This document shows, piece by piece, positions 22,962 through 35,085 of a DNA stretch of 64,000 bases. Source of the stretch: an uncultured Gemmatimonadaceae bacterium (GTDB taxonomy: Bacteria > Gemmatimonadota > Gemmatimonadetes > Gemmatimonadales > Gemmatimonadaceae); NCBI GenBank assembly GCA_963843845.1, contig CAWJMB010000002.1, forward strand, positions 1,824,001 to 1,888,000, read 5' to 3'. Made by a program: the position numbers and the translations under genes. The notes under the pieces are model-generated. The model searched no databases and was not told where the DNA came from. It saw only the letters and a list, made by a program, of their open reading frames with translations. Each line of letters starts with the position of its first letter. Position 1 is the stretch's first letter.

Positions 22962-24323
22962 TCAGGCGTTGCGGTCGATGCACCCCTTGAAGTTCGGGTT
23001 GTTCGTCTCGTCGAACGGCACCGGGAAGTTCACGTCGTTGCCGTACGTCGAGCCGAACCGCGTCGATGACCGGGCCGACCGGGAACACCGTGTTCGCGGC
23101 GCGGCCGTACTGACGGACCAGCCGCCGCATGTCGCCGAGCCGATGGCCGGTGAGCCACAGCCAGAACGCACGCTCGCGGAACAGCTGGTCGACCGCCGCA
23201 GCCTGCGTCGTCGGCGCGGTGCCGGCGAGCGGGGCCAGCGCCGGCGCGACGCGTGGCCCGCAGCGCGTTGAGCCCCGTGAACACGGCGTCGCGATCGGCC
23301 TGCGCGCCGCCCTGCAGGCGCGCCTCGAGCTCGATCAGCCGGGCCTCGATGCCGTCGGCGAGCACGACGTTCGAGTTCTGCGCGGGATACTTCTGCTGCG
23401 TCGGCAGGTTGCGCGACGTGCCGTCGAACCCGATGCGCGTCGACGTCGCCCACGGCATGCGCGGGTCGGCCGGCGTCTGGAGATAGTTGTATCCGTTCGT
23501 GCCTTCGTTGTTCGACACGGTGTAGCGCGAGCTCGGCGACCACCGTGCCGCGCCAGATGCCGTTGTCCTGGCGGGTCGTCGCCGCCGAGTGGAACGTCTG
23601 GTACTGAACGTCGTCGGCACGCGCCGCGACCGCCGTCGCCGCGGCCGCGAACTGGCCGAGGTTGAGCAGCGCGCGCGCCTTGCCGACCTGCCGCGAGGTT
23701 GCTGGAAGTTCGCGGCTCGTCGCGTTCGTCTGCGCCGTGTCGAACGAGGCGCCGGCGCGCGTGAACATCTGCGTCGTCGTGAGCGGCGTCGCCGTACACG
23801 TCGTCGCTCGAACCGTCTTCCGTGCTGAACGGCACGCCGGAGCAGTAGATCTCGCCGAAGAAGTCCTCGACGTACCCGCGAATCGCGTACAGCTCGCGCG
23901 AGCGTGTCCTTCGACGCCGGCTTCAGCGTCGCCCACGATCTGATCGCCGCGTCGGCGCCCGAGCGCGCGCGCTGCATGTTCGACGTAGAGCGTGTCGGTC
24001 GCGCCGCCAGGTTGTCGGTCATGTTCCGCTCGTTCGGCAGCAGACGATCGAAGAACGTATCGGTCGCGATGATCTCGTCGGCGAGGTTGCCGGTGGACAT
24101 CGATGAAGCCCGTCCTGGTGCCGGAGAACACGACGGTGAAGTCCTGAATCGCGCCGTTGCGCAGCGCGACCGCGCCCGTCGCGCTGTTCGCCGACGTCCG
24201 ATGCCGATCACGTCGGGATTGGTGACGTTCAACTGGTCGGTGGTGCAGCCGCCGATGGCGAGCGCCGCGACCACCGGTGCTCGCCGGCACGGCCAGCCGG
24301 CGAGCGGTGTGCAGAAGCTTCAT
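22962..24323 (-). CDS. SusD/RagB-like lipoprotein (multiple indels)
   Basis: Lipobox IGG-C-TTDQLNVTNPD, KARALLNLG, EARLIELEA, C-terminal FPVPFDETNNPNF; directly downstream of the SusC-like gene. Confidence 0.85.
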   Translation of the reverse strand: MKLLHTARRLAVPASTGGRGARHRRLHHRPVERHQSRRDRHRTSANSATGAVALRNGAIQDFTVVFSGTRTGFIDVHRQPRRRDHRDRYVLRSSAAERAEHDRQPGGATDTLYVEHAARALGRRRGDQIVGDAEAGVEGHARASCTRFAGTSRTSSARSTAPACRSARKTVRATTCTATPLTTTQMFTRAGASFDTAQTNATSRELPATSRQVGKARALLNLGQFAAAATAVAARADDVQYQTFHSAATTRQDNGIWRGTVVAELALHRVEQRRHERIQLSPDAGRPAHAVGDVDAHRVRRHVAQPADAAEVSRAELERRARRRHRGPADRARGAPAGRRAGRSRRRVHGAQRAAGHASRRRWPRSPAPRRRRRLRRSTSCSASVRSGCGSPAIGSATCGGWSVSTAAPRTRCSRSARSSTRFGSTYGNDVNFPVPFDETNNPNFKGCIDRNA

Positions 24324-24336
24324 GTGTGCGCGGGCC

Positions 24337-27300
24337 TCAGAAGTTGAGGTTCAGACGGAGCGTGAGGTAGCGCAGCGGCGGCGTGGCGAAATACTCCTCG
24401 GTCCCGCGCGTGTCGCTGTTCGACTGCGCCGCCTCCGGGTCGACGCCCGAGTAGTTCGTGATCACGCCGAGGTTGCGGCCGGTGAGGATGACGTTCAGCG
24501 CGACGCGCGCAGGATGCATTCGCGCACCGCGTCGGGACCTCGTAGGCGACCGACGCCTCGCGGAAGCGCGTGAAGTCGCCGTCCTCGAACATGCCGCGGA
24601 AGACGCCCAGCTGGTTCGTCGCGACGGCGGCCGCCTGCTCCTCGAGCGACGCGCTCTTGTCGTACAGCCCGCGGCACGACGCACCGCCCTGACACTGGTG
24701 GCGCAGCGTGTTGTTGAACTTCTTGAAGCCCCACTTCGCAGTCGATCTGGCCCGAGATGCGGAGCTTCCGGTTCGAGCAGCTCGATCGTCGGCGAGAACG
24801 CGAGCTCGCGCGTCGGAAACGTCGGGCCGACGAACTGACGCCGAGTCGCTGAACGTCATCTCGCTGAGCGCGATGATGCCGTCGTTGTTCGCGTCTGCGT
24901 ACGTGTAGCGTGCGGCTCCAGAGACCGAACAGCGGGTAGCCCGGCTGGTTGCGCTGGGTGTTGCGGTTGCCCGTGAAGATCGCCGAGACGCCGGGGGCGA
25001 GCGTCGTCATCCGGTTCTTGTTCGTCGAGCCGGTGAGCGTGAAGCTGGCACCGAAGCTCGTACGGTCGACGATCGTCTGGTTCACCTCGAGCTCGAAGCC
25101 CGAGTTCTGTGATGTCGCCGATGTTCTCGAAGCGGCTCGAGATGCCGGCGACCGACGGCGCGATGTGCCGGCTGATGATCGCGTCCGTCGTGTCCTTGTT
25201 GTAGAACGTGAAGGTCGAGGTTCGTGCGGCCGTCGAACAGCGTCAGGTCGAAGCCGGCCTCGGTCTCGGCCGAGAACTCGGGCTTGAGCTTCGCGTTGCC
25301 GAGCGACGCCGAGCGAGAGGCTCGGGGCGTCGCTGCCGTTCGGCAGCGTCGCCGAGAACGGCCGAGAAGTAGCGCAGCGCGTCGGTCGGGCCCGGGATCT
25401 GGCCCGACGCGCCGTACGTGGCGCGAACGCGGAGCGAGTTGAGGCAAGCTCGGCTTCGGGAAGAAGCCCTGCTCGGAGAGCGAGCCACGAGGCGCCGAGC
25501 TTCGGATAGTACACGGCGCGGAAGTCGTTGCCGAACGCGCTGGCCGCGTCGCGGCGCACGCCGGCCGTTGATGAACAGCTTGTCGTTGAACGAGAGCACT
25601 GCTGTCGACGTAGTAGCCGAGCGTGCGCTGGTCCGCCGTGTTCTCCGACGAGCTGCGGGTCGCCGCCGCCGTGACCGTGAGCGCGCCCGGCGGCAGGCCG
25701 AGGCCGGTCGCGCCGGTGCGCACCGACGAGGTTGCGGATGTACTGCATGCCGACCGACGTCTTGGTCTGGAGCCGTCGAACGGGGCTCGAACGTGCCGTG
25801 CCGCCGAGGTCGACCGTCTGCTGGCGTCAGCTCGGAGCGCTGGTTGCTGACGTTGCCCGAGGCGGACCGTGCCCTTCCGTCGGGCCTTCGTTCACGCGGT
25901 TGTAGACTTTGTCGAGGCGGCCGGTGTAGTCGAGCCGAACGTGGCGCGCGTCGGCGAGCCAGCTGAGCGGCGTTGTACTGCGCCGCGACGCTGTTGATGA
26001 AGCGGTTGATGCCCCTGCGTCGTGGTCTGCGAGAACACCTCGCCGATCGGCCACGAGCGGTAGCCGAGAGCAGCGGATGCCGTCGGCGTCGACGAGGTCG
26101 TGGCGCCAGGTCGCGCCCATGGCGTCGACCATGAGGCCCTGGCTGTTGTCCTCGTTCTGCGGCAAGCGGACGTTGCTGTTCACGTAGCCGGACGACGACC
26201 TGCACGAACAGCTGCTTGGCGAGCTGCGTGCTGCAGGTTCGCGCGGAAGCTGTTGCGGTCCAGCGCGTTCGGGCAGATCTGCTCGTTCGGGAGCTCCGTC
26301 AGGCCGCGGCAAGCTGGAGGAGCTGATTGATGTCGCGCTGCGGCATCTTGTAGATGCCGCGCTCGCCCTCGGTCTCGCCCGAGACGAAGAACTGCACCCG
26401 GTCGTTGCCGCCCGACATCTGCGCGCCGTACTGGCGACGCATGCCCGGTCGATCGGCGTGAGCGAGTCGATGTTCAGGATAGTTGCCGTGCGACAGCGAG
26501 TCGACGACGCAGCCGGACACCACGTTCGCGAGCGTGCAGATGCGCGACGTCGTCTGGCCGGCCGACTTGCCCCACAGCGAGTACAGCTCGGGGAAGTCGC
26601 GGATGTTGTCGACGAGCCCGTTCTCGCCGTAGACGTTGTAGCTGCGTCTTGCCCGCTCTTGCCGCGCTTGGTCGTGATGCTGATGACGCCGTTCGCCGCT
26701 TCGGTGCCGTAGAGCGTCGCCGCCGACGGGCCCTTGAGGACCTCGATGCTCTCGATCTCCTCGGGGTTGATGTCGTCGAGGCGCGACGGGCCGGTGCCAC
26801 CGGTGCCGACCGCGAGGTTGTTCGCGGCGGAGATGACGCGGACGCCGTCGATGATGACGACGGGATCGTTGCTGAGCGACAGCGACGACTGGCCGCGGAT
26901 GCGGATGCGCGAGCCGGACCCGGTGACGCCGCCGCTCACGACCTGCACGCCAGCGGCGCGGCCGGAGAGCACCTGGCACCATCGTGTTGACGGGCAGCTC
27001 CGCGACCTTCTCGGCGACCGAGATCTGCGACGTGGTGTTCGCCAGCTCGACCTTGCGCTGCTGGCCCGTGACGGTCGTCACGACGGCGGCGAGCGAGAAG
27101 GCGGCCTGCGTGAGCGAGACGTTGGCCGTCGCCGTGCCACCGGCGGTCACGGTGACAGCGACGGTCTGCGCGGTATAGCCGATCCGGTTGACCTGGATCG
27201 ACTGCGCGCCGGACGCGACCGCGCGTACGGTGTAGCGGCCCTGATCGTCAGTCTGAGCGCCGTTCGTCGTGCCGACGATGCGCACGGCCGCGCCGGAGAC

Positions 27301-27477
27301 CGGTGTCCCGGCTGCCGCATCGGTGACGCGCCCCGTGACCGTGCCCGTCGCACCCTGCGCCGACGCCGTAGCACCGCTCCCGAGCACGGCGACTGCCGCC
27401 ATGACGGCTGCCCCCCACCGCCACCTCACCGCCAGCGACATCGTCGCCGCTTTCGTTACGAGCCGACCGCATCGCAT
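24337..27477 (-). CDS. SusC/RagA-like TonB-dependent outer-membrane transporter (multiple indels)
   Basis: SD AGGAGAGG, signal peptide, carboxypeptidase-like N-domain (GTVTGRVTD), [49 protein letters not shown]-terminal RLNLNF. Confidence 0.92.
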
Positions 27478-27806
27478 AGCAAGTCCTCTCCTGGACGGAA
27501 TGATGCACCGGCCGCGTACGTGCGACCGGCTTCGAACAACCGCGGAAGTTGGAGTAACCGACCTTCGCGAACGCCGGCTGGTCACCGGCGGCGGGACCTC
27601 GCGTGAAGGCGAGCTGAGATCGGTGGGCGAGCGGAGACGCCTGCGGTGACGAGTGACCGCAGGCGTGTAGATGGTGGGAGACGCCGCACTGGAGCGTCGC
27701 GGCAATCGTAGAGCCCGCGCACGCTACCGTCAATACGGCGCACGCGCTGGGTCGTTGAGCGGCGGCGCGCGTCGCACGACGGGTGTGCCGGCCCACCGCG
27801 ACCGGC

Positions 27807-27812
27807 TAGCTT
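27807..27812 (+). promoter_or_regulatory. Putative -10 hexamer TAGCTT, 6 nt before the miaB ATG (leaderless type)
   Basis: TAGCTT-GCGGCC-ATG; no SD. Confidence 0.5.
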
Positions 27813-27818
27813 GCGGCC

Positions 27819-29180
27819 ATGTCGCGCGCAACGGTCTACATCGAAACGTACGGCTGCCAGATGAACGTGAGCGATTCGGAGCTCATGTACGGGCGGCTGG
27901 CAGCTCACGGATACGATGCGGTCGACGGCCCCGACGGCGCCGACGTGATCCTCGTCAACACCTGCGCCATCCGTGACCACGCCGAGCAGCGCGTGATCGG
28001 TCGACTCGGCGAGCTCAAGCGATTCATGAAGCCCGGCAGCGTGCTCGGCGTCGCGGGGTGCATGGCGCAGCGGCTCGGCCCGATGCTGCTCCAGAAGGCG
28101 CGACACGTCAGCCTCGTCGTCGGACCCGATGGATACCGCTCGCTGCCCGCGCTACTGGACAGCGCGCGAAGCGGCGAACGCGTCACCGCCACGAGCTTCG
28201 ACCTCGAAGAGCACTACGAGGACTTCACGCCGCGCCGGTTCGACAGAGTCAAGGCGTGGATCCCCGTCCAGCGGGGGTGCGACTACCGCTGCACGTACTG
28301 CATCGTGCCGTACACGCGCGGCTCGGAGCGCAGTCGCCAGCTCGCGGACGTCGTGCGCGAAGTCGAGGGGGTCGTCCGTGAGGGGATGAGCGAGGTCGTG
28401 CTGCTCGGCCAGACGGTGAACTCGTACCACGACGGGACGTACGACTTCGCCGACCTCCTGCGAGCGGTCGGGGAGGTCGATGGCATCCGGCGGATCCGCT
28501 TCACGAGTCCGCACCCGAACGACTTCACCGATCGCGCGATCGCCGCGCTCGCCGAGGTCCCGCAGGTCTGCGAGCACGTCCACCTCCCGATGCAGAGCGG
28601 CTCGACGCGCGTGCTGAAACGGATGCTGCGCCGGTACACGCGAGAGGGGTACGTCGACTGCGTGGGACGGCTGCGGGACGCGATTCCGGACGTGAACCTG
28701 ACGACCGACATCATCGTCGGCTTTCCTGGCGAGACGGACGCCGACTTCGAGGAGACGCTGTCGCTCGTCCGCGAGCTGCGCTTCGAAGATGCGTACACGT
28801 TCAAGTTCTCACCGCGCGACGGCACCCCGGCTACCCGATTCCCGGCCGACGAGTCGGTGGCCGACGATGTCGCGAGCGAGCGGCTCGAGCGGCTCATCGC
28901 GACCGTGCGTGCCGGCGCGCGCGAGCACAACCTCACGCTGCTCGGCACTCGCCACGAGGTGCTGATCGAGCGCGAAGGTCGCCGAGGGGACGCGTTCATG
29001 GCGCGGACGCGCGACTTCAAGACGGTGATGGTGCCGGTGGACGGCGTGGACATCGGCGACTACGTCACCGTCGAGCTGACGGGGACGTCTGGCTCGACGT
29101 TCACCGGAGCGGTCGTGCGCACGCCCGCGGAACGGCGTACGGCGCTCCCCATGGCTGCGGTCGCGGGATCGAGTTGCTGA
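27819..29180 (+). CDS. miaB: tRNA methylthiotransferase MiaB
   Basis: TYGCQMN, NTCAIR, CDYRCTYC radical-SAM motif, VPYTRG, RFTSPHP, TRAM domain. Confidence 0.96.
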   Translation: MSRATVYIETYGCQMNVSDSELMYGRLAAHGYDAVDGPDGADVILVNTCAIRDHAEQRVIGRLGELKRFMKPGSVLGVAGCMAQRLGPMLLQKARHVSLVVGPDGYRSLPALLDSARSGERVTATSFDLEEHYEDFTPRRFDRVKAWIPVQRGCDYRCTYCIVPYTRGSERSRQLADVVREVEGVVREGMSEVVLLGQTVNSYHDGTYDFADLLRAVGEVDGIRRIRFTSPHPNDFTDRAIAALAEVPQVCEHVHLPMQSGSTRVLKRMLRRYTREGYVDCVGRLRDAIPDVNLTTDIIVGFPGETDADFEETLSLVRELRFEDAYTFKFSPRDGTPATRFPADESVADDVASERLERLIATVRAGAREHNLTLLGTRHEVLIEREGRRGDAFMARTRDFKTVMVPVDGVDIGDYVTVELTGTSGSTFTGAVVRTPAERRTALPMAAVAGSSC

Positions 29181-29312
29181 GCCGCGCGGCCCCACCGTCG
29201 TCCGTGGCGCTCACCGCCGGGTAGAGGGGCCCGCCGACGCCCCGCGTTCGCTGCGCACGCGCTGCGTTCGGGTGGTACCGCGCTCGGCAGGACGTGCACG
29301 CAGCATGGCGGG

Positions 29313-31557
29313 GTGCCCCTCATCTTCCTCGCGTACGTCGCCCTGCTGGTCGGGAGCGCGGTCGGTGGCTCGCTCGGCCGTGCTGAGGTGTGGATCGCCG
29401 GTGGCGGAGTCGCGCTGACGGCGATCGGGCTGTACCGCGCCCGGCGTGCGGCGCATGCCGGCATCGCGCTGACGCTCGCCGCCTCGACGTTGGCGGCGCA
29501 TGCCGAGGCGCGCGACCGGTCGGCGTGTCGCGACGGCGCGACGCGCGACGGCCGGCTCGCCGTGGTCGTCGAGGCGGACGTTCACGCCACCGGCCGCACC
29601 GCCGCGCGCGCAGTCGGCTGCCGGCTCCCCGTGACCATCAGCGTGGCGCATGGCCGCGCGCGCGCGGGGGACGTGGTCGGCGCGAGCGGCGTCGCGCTGG
29701 CGACCTCGCGCGGCGTGCAACTGCGCGATGCGACGCTCACCCCGTCGGGCGCGCGCTCCGCGCTCGTCGCGTGGCGGGCTGGCGTCGCACGCCGGATCGA
29801 TGCGCTGTTCGGCGAGGACGCTCCGCTCGTCCGCGCGCTCGTCGTCGCGGACGCGCACGACGTCGACGTGTCGGCGCGCGATCGGTTCGCCGACGCGGGA
29901 CTCGTCCACCTCCTCTCCGTATCCGGTCTGCACGTCTCGATCGTCGCCGAGGCGCTGACGCTGCTCCTCGGCGCGTGCCGGCTGTCGCGTCGTGCAGCGC
30001 AGGTCGCGTCGGTCGTCGGAGTCGTCGGCTACGTGGCGGTGATCGGCGCGCCGGCGCCGGCGGTGCGCGCAGCCACGATGCTCGCCGCGCAGCTCGCGTC
30101 GCGACTCGTGCAGCGACCGACGTCGCCGTGGGCCATCCTCGCGTTAGGCGGAACGGTGCCGCTGCTCCGCGATCCGCTCGGCGCCGCGGACCTCGGGTAT
30201 CAGCTGTCGATGGCCGGCATGGCCGCGCTCGTCGGAGGGCGCGCGTTGACCGGACGCCTCGGCGTCGGGTCGCTCGGCGGCTGGCGGCGGACGCTCGCGC
30301 GCGAGCTGGTGACGAGCCTCGTCGCGACCGCCGTCACGGCGCCCATCGTTGCCTGGTGCTTCGGGCGCGTGAGCATCATCGGGCCTCTCGCGAACCTCGC
30401 GGCCGCGCCCGTCGTCGCCCTTCTGCAGCCGACGCTCTTTCTCGCGGTGCTGCTGTCCCCCCTCGGGCCGGTCGCGCAGCACGTCGCGGGCGCCGCGCAC
30501 CTGCTGATCGCCGCGCTCGATCGCGTCGCGAGTGCGGCGTCGCTCGTTCCGCACGCCTCCCTCGCCGTGGCGCCGACGGCAGCGGTCGCGGTCATCGCCG
30601 CTCTCGCCTCGCTCGCGCTGCTCACCGCGTGTGTGGCGCGCGACACGTCCACCCGCAGTCGCGCGCGGCTCGCAAGCGCGGCGGGCGTCGTCGCGATGGT
30701 CGTCGCTCCGCTGCTGCCGGCGCGGTCGACCGGGGCGCTCGAGCTGCACATGCTCGACGCGGGGCAGGGCGACGCGGTCGCGGTGCGCACGCCGCACGGC
30801 CGATGGGTCGTCGTGGACGCCGGCCGAAGCTGGCGCGGCGGCGATGGCGGGCGCGCGACGGTCGTGCCGTACCTGCGACGACGCGGCGGCGCCGTCGACG
30901 CGTTCATCCTGTCGCACGCACACGCCGATCATGCCGGAGGCGCGGCGACGGTGCTGCGCATGCTGCGCCCGGCTCACTACTGGGACGCGGCGTTCGCGCT
31001 CCCGAGCGACGTCTACCGCGCATCGCTCGTCGCGGCGCGCGAGTCGCACGTCGCCTGGCGCCGGGTGCGGCCGAGCGACACGCTCGTCGTCGACGGCGTC
31101 ACGTTTCGCGTGCTCGCGCCGGACTCCGCATGGACGGCCGGACTCCGCGACGCGAATCTGGCGAGCGTCATCGTCAGCGTGCGCGTGGCGCGGTACGCGC
31201 CTCCTGCTGACCGGCGACGCCGAGGCGGCGGAAGAGCGGTGGCTGGTCGAGCGCGCGAGGGTTGATCAGGCGCTCGCGCGCGAACTACGTGCGGACGTGC
31301 TCAAAGTCGCGCATCACGGCAGCCGCACGAGCTCGACGCCCGAGTTCCTCGCGCTCGTACGCCCGCGCGTCGCGCTGGTGAGCGTCGGCGCGGCGAACAG
31401 CTACGGACTGCCTAACGACGACGTGCTCGCGCGCATCGACGGCGTCGGGGCGCAGGTGCTCCGCACCGACGAACTCGGCGCGATCGTCGTTCGAGCCGAC
31501 GGACGGACATTGACGGTCTCCGCCGGCGGTGAGACGTGGCGCATCGCGCCCCGGTAG
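29313..31557 (+). CDS. comEC: DNA internalisation competence protein ComEC/Rec2 (indel near 31195)
   Basis: AGLVHLLSVSGLHV, GYQLS, DAGQGDA, SHAHADHAGG, LLTGDAE, KVAHHGS, RTDELGAI. Confidence 0.92.
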
Positions 31558-31985
31558 CGCGATCGCGGCGCGTGTGCGCCACGATCGCGCGGACGACCGT
31601 TCACGCGCTGATTGGCCGTGCTCTTGCGCTGCCGCCTGCGGTGGTGGCGCGTTACCCGGAGCTGCGTGCGGCGCGGTGGCGAGCTGGCGGGCTCCCGCTC
31701 CGCGTCGGTGGGTGGCTGCTCGGCCGGCGTACGGTCGCGGGCATCACGCTCGGCCGCACGGTGTGGCTCGCGGCGCCGGATCGGCTCACGCCGTGGCTGC
31801 TCTTGCACGAGCTCTGTCACGTTCATCAGTTTGGTCGAGTCCGCGGGTTCGCGTTCCGATACTCGTGGCAGTCGCTGCGCCATGGGTATGCGGCCAACTG
31901 CTACGAACGCGAAGCGAACGCGTTTGCCGCGGCCGTGCTGCGCGAGCGCCCGCCGGACTCGCTCGATTCTCCTGTCGTTCTCTAG
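31536..31985 (+). CDS. Small HEXXH protein, DUF4157-like
   Basis: AGITLGRTV, LLLHELCHVHQ, YEREA; start uncertain. Confidence 0.65.
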   Translation: MAHRAPVARSRRVCATIARTTVHALIGRALALPPAVVARYPELRAARWRAGGLPLRVGGWLLGRRTVAGITLGRTVWLAAPDRLTPWLLLHELCHVHQFGRVRGFAFRYSWQSLRHGYAANCYEREANAFAAAVLRERPPDSLDSPVVL

Positions 31986-32000
31986 CCGAGGATTCCTCGC

Positions 32001-33083
32001 GTGGTCAAGCACACCGCCACCTCCGTTGTCACGATCGAGCGCTTCATCATCGAGCAGGAGCGCCAGTTCCCCGAGGCGACGGGCGAGCTGTCCGGCATTC
32101 TCTACGACATCGCGCTCGCCGCGAAGATGATCGCCAACAAGGTGCGCAGCGCGGGCATCGCCGACATCCTCGGCGAGCACGGGACCGAGAACGTGCAGGG
32201 CGAGACGCAGCAGAAGCTCGACGTGCTGTCGAACGAGATCATCGTGAAGGCGATGGACCACGGCGGCCGGCTCTGCGCGATGGCGTCCGAGGAAGAGCCG
32301 CACATCATCCCGATCCCCGACGAATTCCGCTGCGGCAAGTACCTGCTGACGTTCGATCCGCTCGACGGCTCCTCGAACATCGACGTCAACGTGCCGGTCG
32401 GAACGATCTTCTCCGTGCTGCGCAAGATCACGAACGGGCGCGCCGGGACGCTCGAGGATTTCCTGCAGCCGGGACGCCGTCAGGTCGCGGCGGGGTACAT
32501 CATCTACGGGTCGAGCACGATGCTGGTCTACACGACGGGGCAGGGCGTGCACGGCTTCACGCTCGATCCGTCGATCGGCGAGTTCCTGCTCTCGCACCCC
32601 AACATCACGATCCCGCCGACGGCGAAGTTCCTCTCGGTCAACGATTCGTACGAGCACTACTGGGACGAGGGCGTGAAGGCGCTCATGCGCCGCTACCGCG
32701 GACTCGACGGCAAGCAGAAACCGCTCAACGTGCGCTACGTCGGGTCGCTCGTCGCCGACTTCCATCGCAACCTGCTCGCGGGCGGCGTGTTCGCGTATCC
32801 GGCGAACACCAACAGCCCGAACGGAAAGCTGCGTCTGCTCTACGAGGCGAGCCCACTCGCGTTCATCGCGGAGCAGGCAGGGGGCGCGGCGTCGAACGGG
32901 CACACCCGCATTCTCGACGTGCAGCCGGGAGAATTGCACGAGCGCACCCCGCTCTATCTCGGGAGCAAGGCGGAGGTGATGTGCGCGAACGAGATCCTCG
33001 CGCAACCGCTCGGCTCGGCGCCGGTCGGCGCGGCGCCGGTCGGCACGGGGCGGGGGGCGGAGGCGCTCAGCGGCGCGAGCTAG
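32001..33083 (+). CDS. fbp: Fructose-1,6-bisphosphatase class 1
   Basis: [45 protein letters not shown]. Confidence 0.97.
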   Translation: MVKHTATSVVTIERFIIEQERQFPEATGELSGILYDIALAAKMIANKVRSAGIADILGEHGTENVQGETQQKLDVLSNEIIVKAMDHGGRLCAMASEEEPHIIPIPDEFRCGKYLLTFDPLDGSSNIDVNVPVGTIFSVLRKITNGRAGTLEDFLQPGRRQVAAGYIIYGSSTMLVYTTGQGVHGFTLDPSIGEFLLSHPNITIPPTAKFLSVNDSYEHYWDEGVKALMRRYRGLDGKQKPLNVRYVGSLVADFHRNLLAGGVFAYPANTNSPNGKLRLLYEASPLAFIAEQAGGAASNGHTRILDVQPGELHERTPLYLGSKAEVMCANEILAQPLGSAPVGAAPVGTGRGAEALSGAS

Positions 33084-33117
33084 TTCGTTCGCGCACTGGA
33101 CGAATGCGGTCGCCGGT

Positions 33118-33123
33118 TATCAT
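33118..33123 (+). promoter_or_regulatory. Putative -10 hexamer TATCAT, 6 nt before the mutase ATG (leaderless type)
   Basis: TATCAT-GCTCGC-ATG; no SD. Confidence 0.55.
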
Positions 33124-33129
33124 GCTCGC

Positions 33130-34725
33130 ATGACCGACGACCGCTTTTCGCCTTCGGGCATTCCGATCGCGCCGACCTACCGCCCCGACGACGCGCCACT
33201 CGACTACGCGCGCGACCTCGGCGACGCGGGGCGCTTTCCGTTCACGCGCGGCGTGCAGCCGACGATGTATCGCGGGCGGCTGTGGACGATGCGGCAGTAC
33301 GCCGGCTTCGGCACCGCGTCCGAGACGAACGCACGCTTCAAGCTGCTCCTCGCCGCCGGCCAGACCGGACTCTCGACGGCGTTCGACCTGCCGACGCAGA
33401 TGGGCATCGACTCCGACTCGCCCCGTGCGTTGGGAGAGGTCGGACGCGTCGGCGTCGCGATCGACACGGTCGAGGACATGCACGCGCTGCTCGCGGACCT
33501 GCCGCTCGAGCGTGTGTCGACGTCGATGACGATCAACGCGACGGCGTCGACGCTGCTCGCCATGTACGTCGTCGTCGCCGAGGAGCGCGGGATCGATCGC
33601 GCGACGCTCTCGGGAACGGTGCAGAACGACATCCTGAAGGAGTACATCGCGCGCGGGACGTACGTCTTTCCTCCGGTGCCCAGCCTCGCGCTCACCGCGG
33701 AGATGTTTCGCTTCTGCGCCGCCGAAGTGCCACAGTGGAATCCGATCTCGATCTCGGGCTACCACATCCGGGAGGCCGGGGCGACGGCGGTGCAGGAGCT
33801 GGCGTTCACGTTCGCGAACGGGCTCGAATACGTGAAGCAGGCGATCGACGCAGGACTCGCGGTCGACACCTTCGCGCCGCGGTTGTCGTTCTTCTTCGCC
33901 GCGCACAACGACCTGTTCGAGGAGGTCGCGAAGTTCCGCGCGGCGCGCCGTCTCTGGGCTCGGCTGATGCGCGAGCGATTCGGCGCGTCGGACGCGAGCG
34001 CGCGGCTCCGCTTCCACACGCAGACCGGCGGCGTGACGCTGCAGGCCCAGCAGCCGCTGAACAACGTCGTGCGCGTGACCGTGCAGGCGCTCGCCGCGGT
34101 GCTCGGCGGCACGCAGTCGCTTCACACGAACGGCTACGACGAAGCGCTCGCGCTGCCGACCGTCGACGCGGCGACGCTCGCGTTGCGCACGCAGCAGATC
34201 GTCGGTCACGAGAGCGGCGCCGCGCAGACGGTGGACCCGCTGGCCGGCAGCTACTACGTCGAGTCGCTCACGAACGCGATCGAGGAGCACGCGACGGCGC
34301 TGCTCGTGCAGGTCGACGAGATCGGCGGCGCGCCCGAGGCGATTGCCCGGGGCTTCTTCCAGGAGGAGATCGGGCGCAGCGCGTACGAGTACCAGCTCCG
34401 CGTCGAGCGCGGCGAGACCGTCGTCGTCGGCGTCAACCGCTTCGACGACGGGAGCGAGCCGCCGATCATCCCCACGCCGGACTTCTCGGCGCTGGAGCGG
34501 TCGCAGGTCGAGCGGCTCCGTGCGGTGCGCGAGGCGCGCGACGACGCACGCGTCCGCGAAACGTTAGGCACGCTGATCGACGCCGCGCGACCGTACGCGA
34601 CGGTGGGCGCGGCGCGTCCCGAGCTGATGCCGCGCGTGATCGACGCCGTGCGGGCCCGCGCCTCGGTGGGCGAGATCAGCGACGCACTGGCCGGCGTCTG
34701 GGGACGCTACACGCCGACGACGTGA
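33130..34725 (+). CDS. Methylmalonyl-CoA mutase large (substrate-binding) subunit
   Basis: [40 protein letters not shown]; no DxHxxG B12-binding domain, so a split-type enzyme. Confidence 0.93.
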   Translation: MTDDRFSPSGIPIAPTYRPDDAPLDYARDLGDAGRFPFTRGVQPTMYRGRLWTMRQYAGFGTASETNARFKLLLAAGQTGLSTAFDLPTQMGIDSDSPRALGEVGRVGVAIDTVEDMHALLADLPLERVSTSMTINATASTLLAMYVVVAEERGIDRATLSGTVQNDILKEYIARGTYVFPPVPSLALTAEMFRFCAAEVPQWNPISISGYHIREAGATAVQELAFTFANGLEYVKQAIDAGLAVDTFAPRLSFFFAAHNDLFEEVAKFRAARRLWARLMRERFGASDASARLRFHTQTGGVTLQAQQPLNNVVRVTVQALAAVLGGTQSLHTNGYDEALALPTVDAATLALRTQQIVGHESGAAQTVDPLAGSYYVESLTNAIEEHATALLVQVDEIGGAPEAIARGFFQEEIGRSAYEYQLRVERGETVVVGVNRFDDGSEPPIIPTPDFSALERSQVERLRAVREARDDARVRETLGTLIDAARPYATVGAARPELMPRVIDAVRARASVGEISDALAGVWGRYTPTT

Positions 34726-34762
34726 CCGCGTCGCGGCGGACCCGTTCGGCCCGCCGGCGACC

Positions 34763-35025
34763 GTGAGCTCGGCCTCCCTGTTCAGCGACCGGCCGCGCGG
34801 TCGCCACGCGATGGCCGAGCACTTTCCGGCCGGGCGTCGGCTCGCCTACGACGCGGCGAAGGGGCCGCTGTGGGTGGTGTGCCGGGCGTGCGAGTGACGG
34901 ACCCTCCCCCCGCTCGCCGAACGGTGGGAGGCGACGGACGAGGGCGCGCGGCCGTGCGATCCTCGCCGAGCTGGAGGCCGCGTGGTGTCGCGCGGAGACG
35001 ATCGCGATGATCGCTCGCCTTGAAG
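34763..35025 (+). pseudogene. Degenerate, internally deleted remnant of an uncharacterised CxxC protein family
   Basis: Reads HFPAGRRLAYDAAKGPLWVVCRACE*RTLPPLAERWEA, then after a frame change ILAELEAAWCRAETIAMIA; internal TGA at 34895. Confidence 0.55.
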
Positions 35026-35085
35026 CGCCCATCGGCGCCGGGTATTCTACGCCCTTCCGCCCGCTCCGGTTTAAGTCACGCCAGC

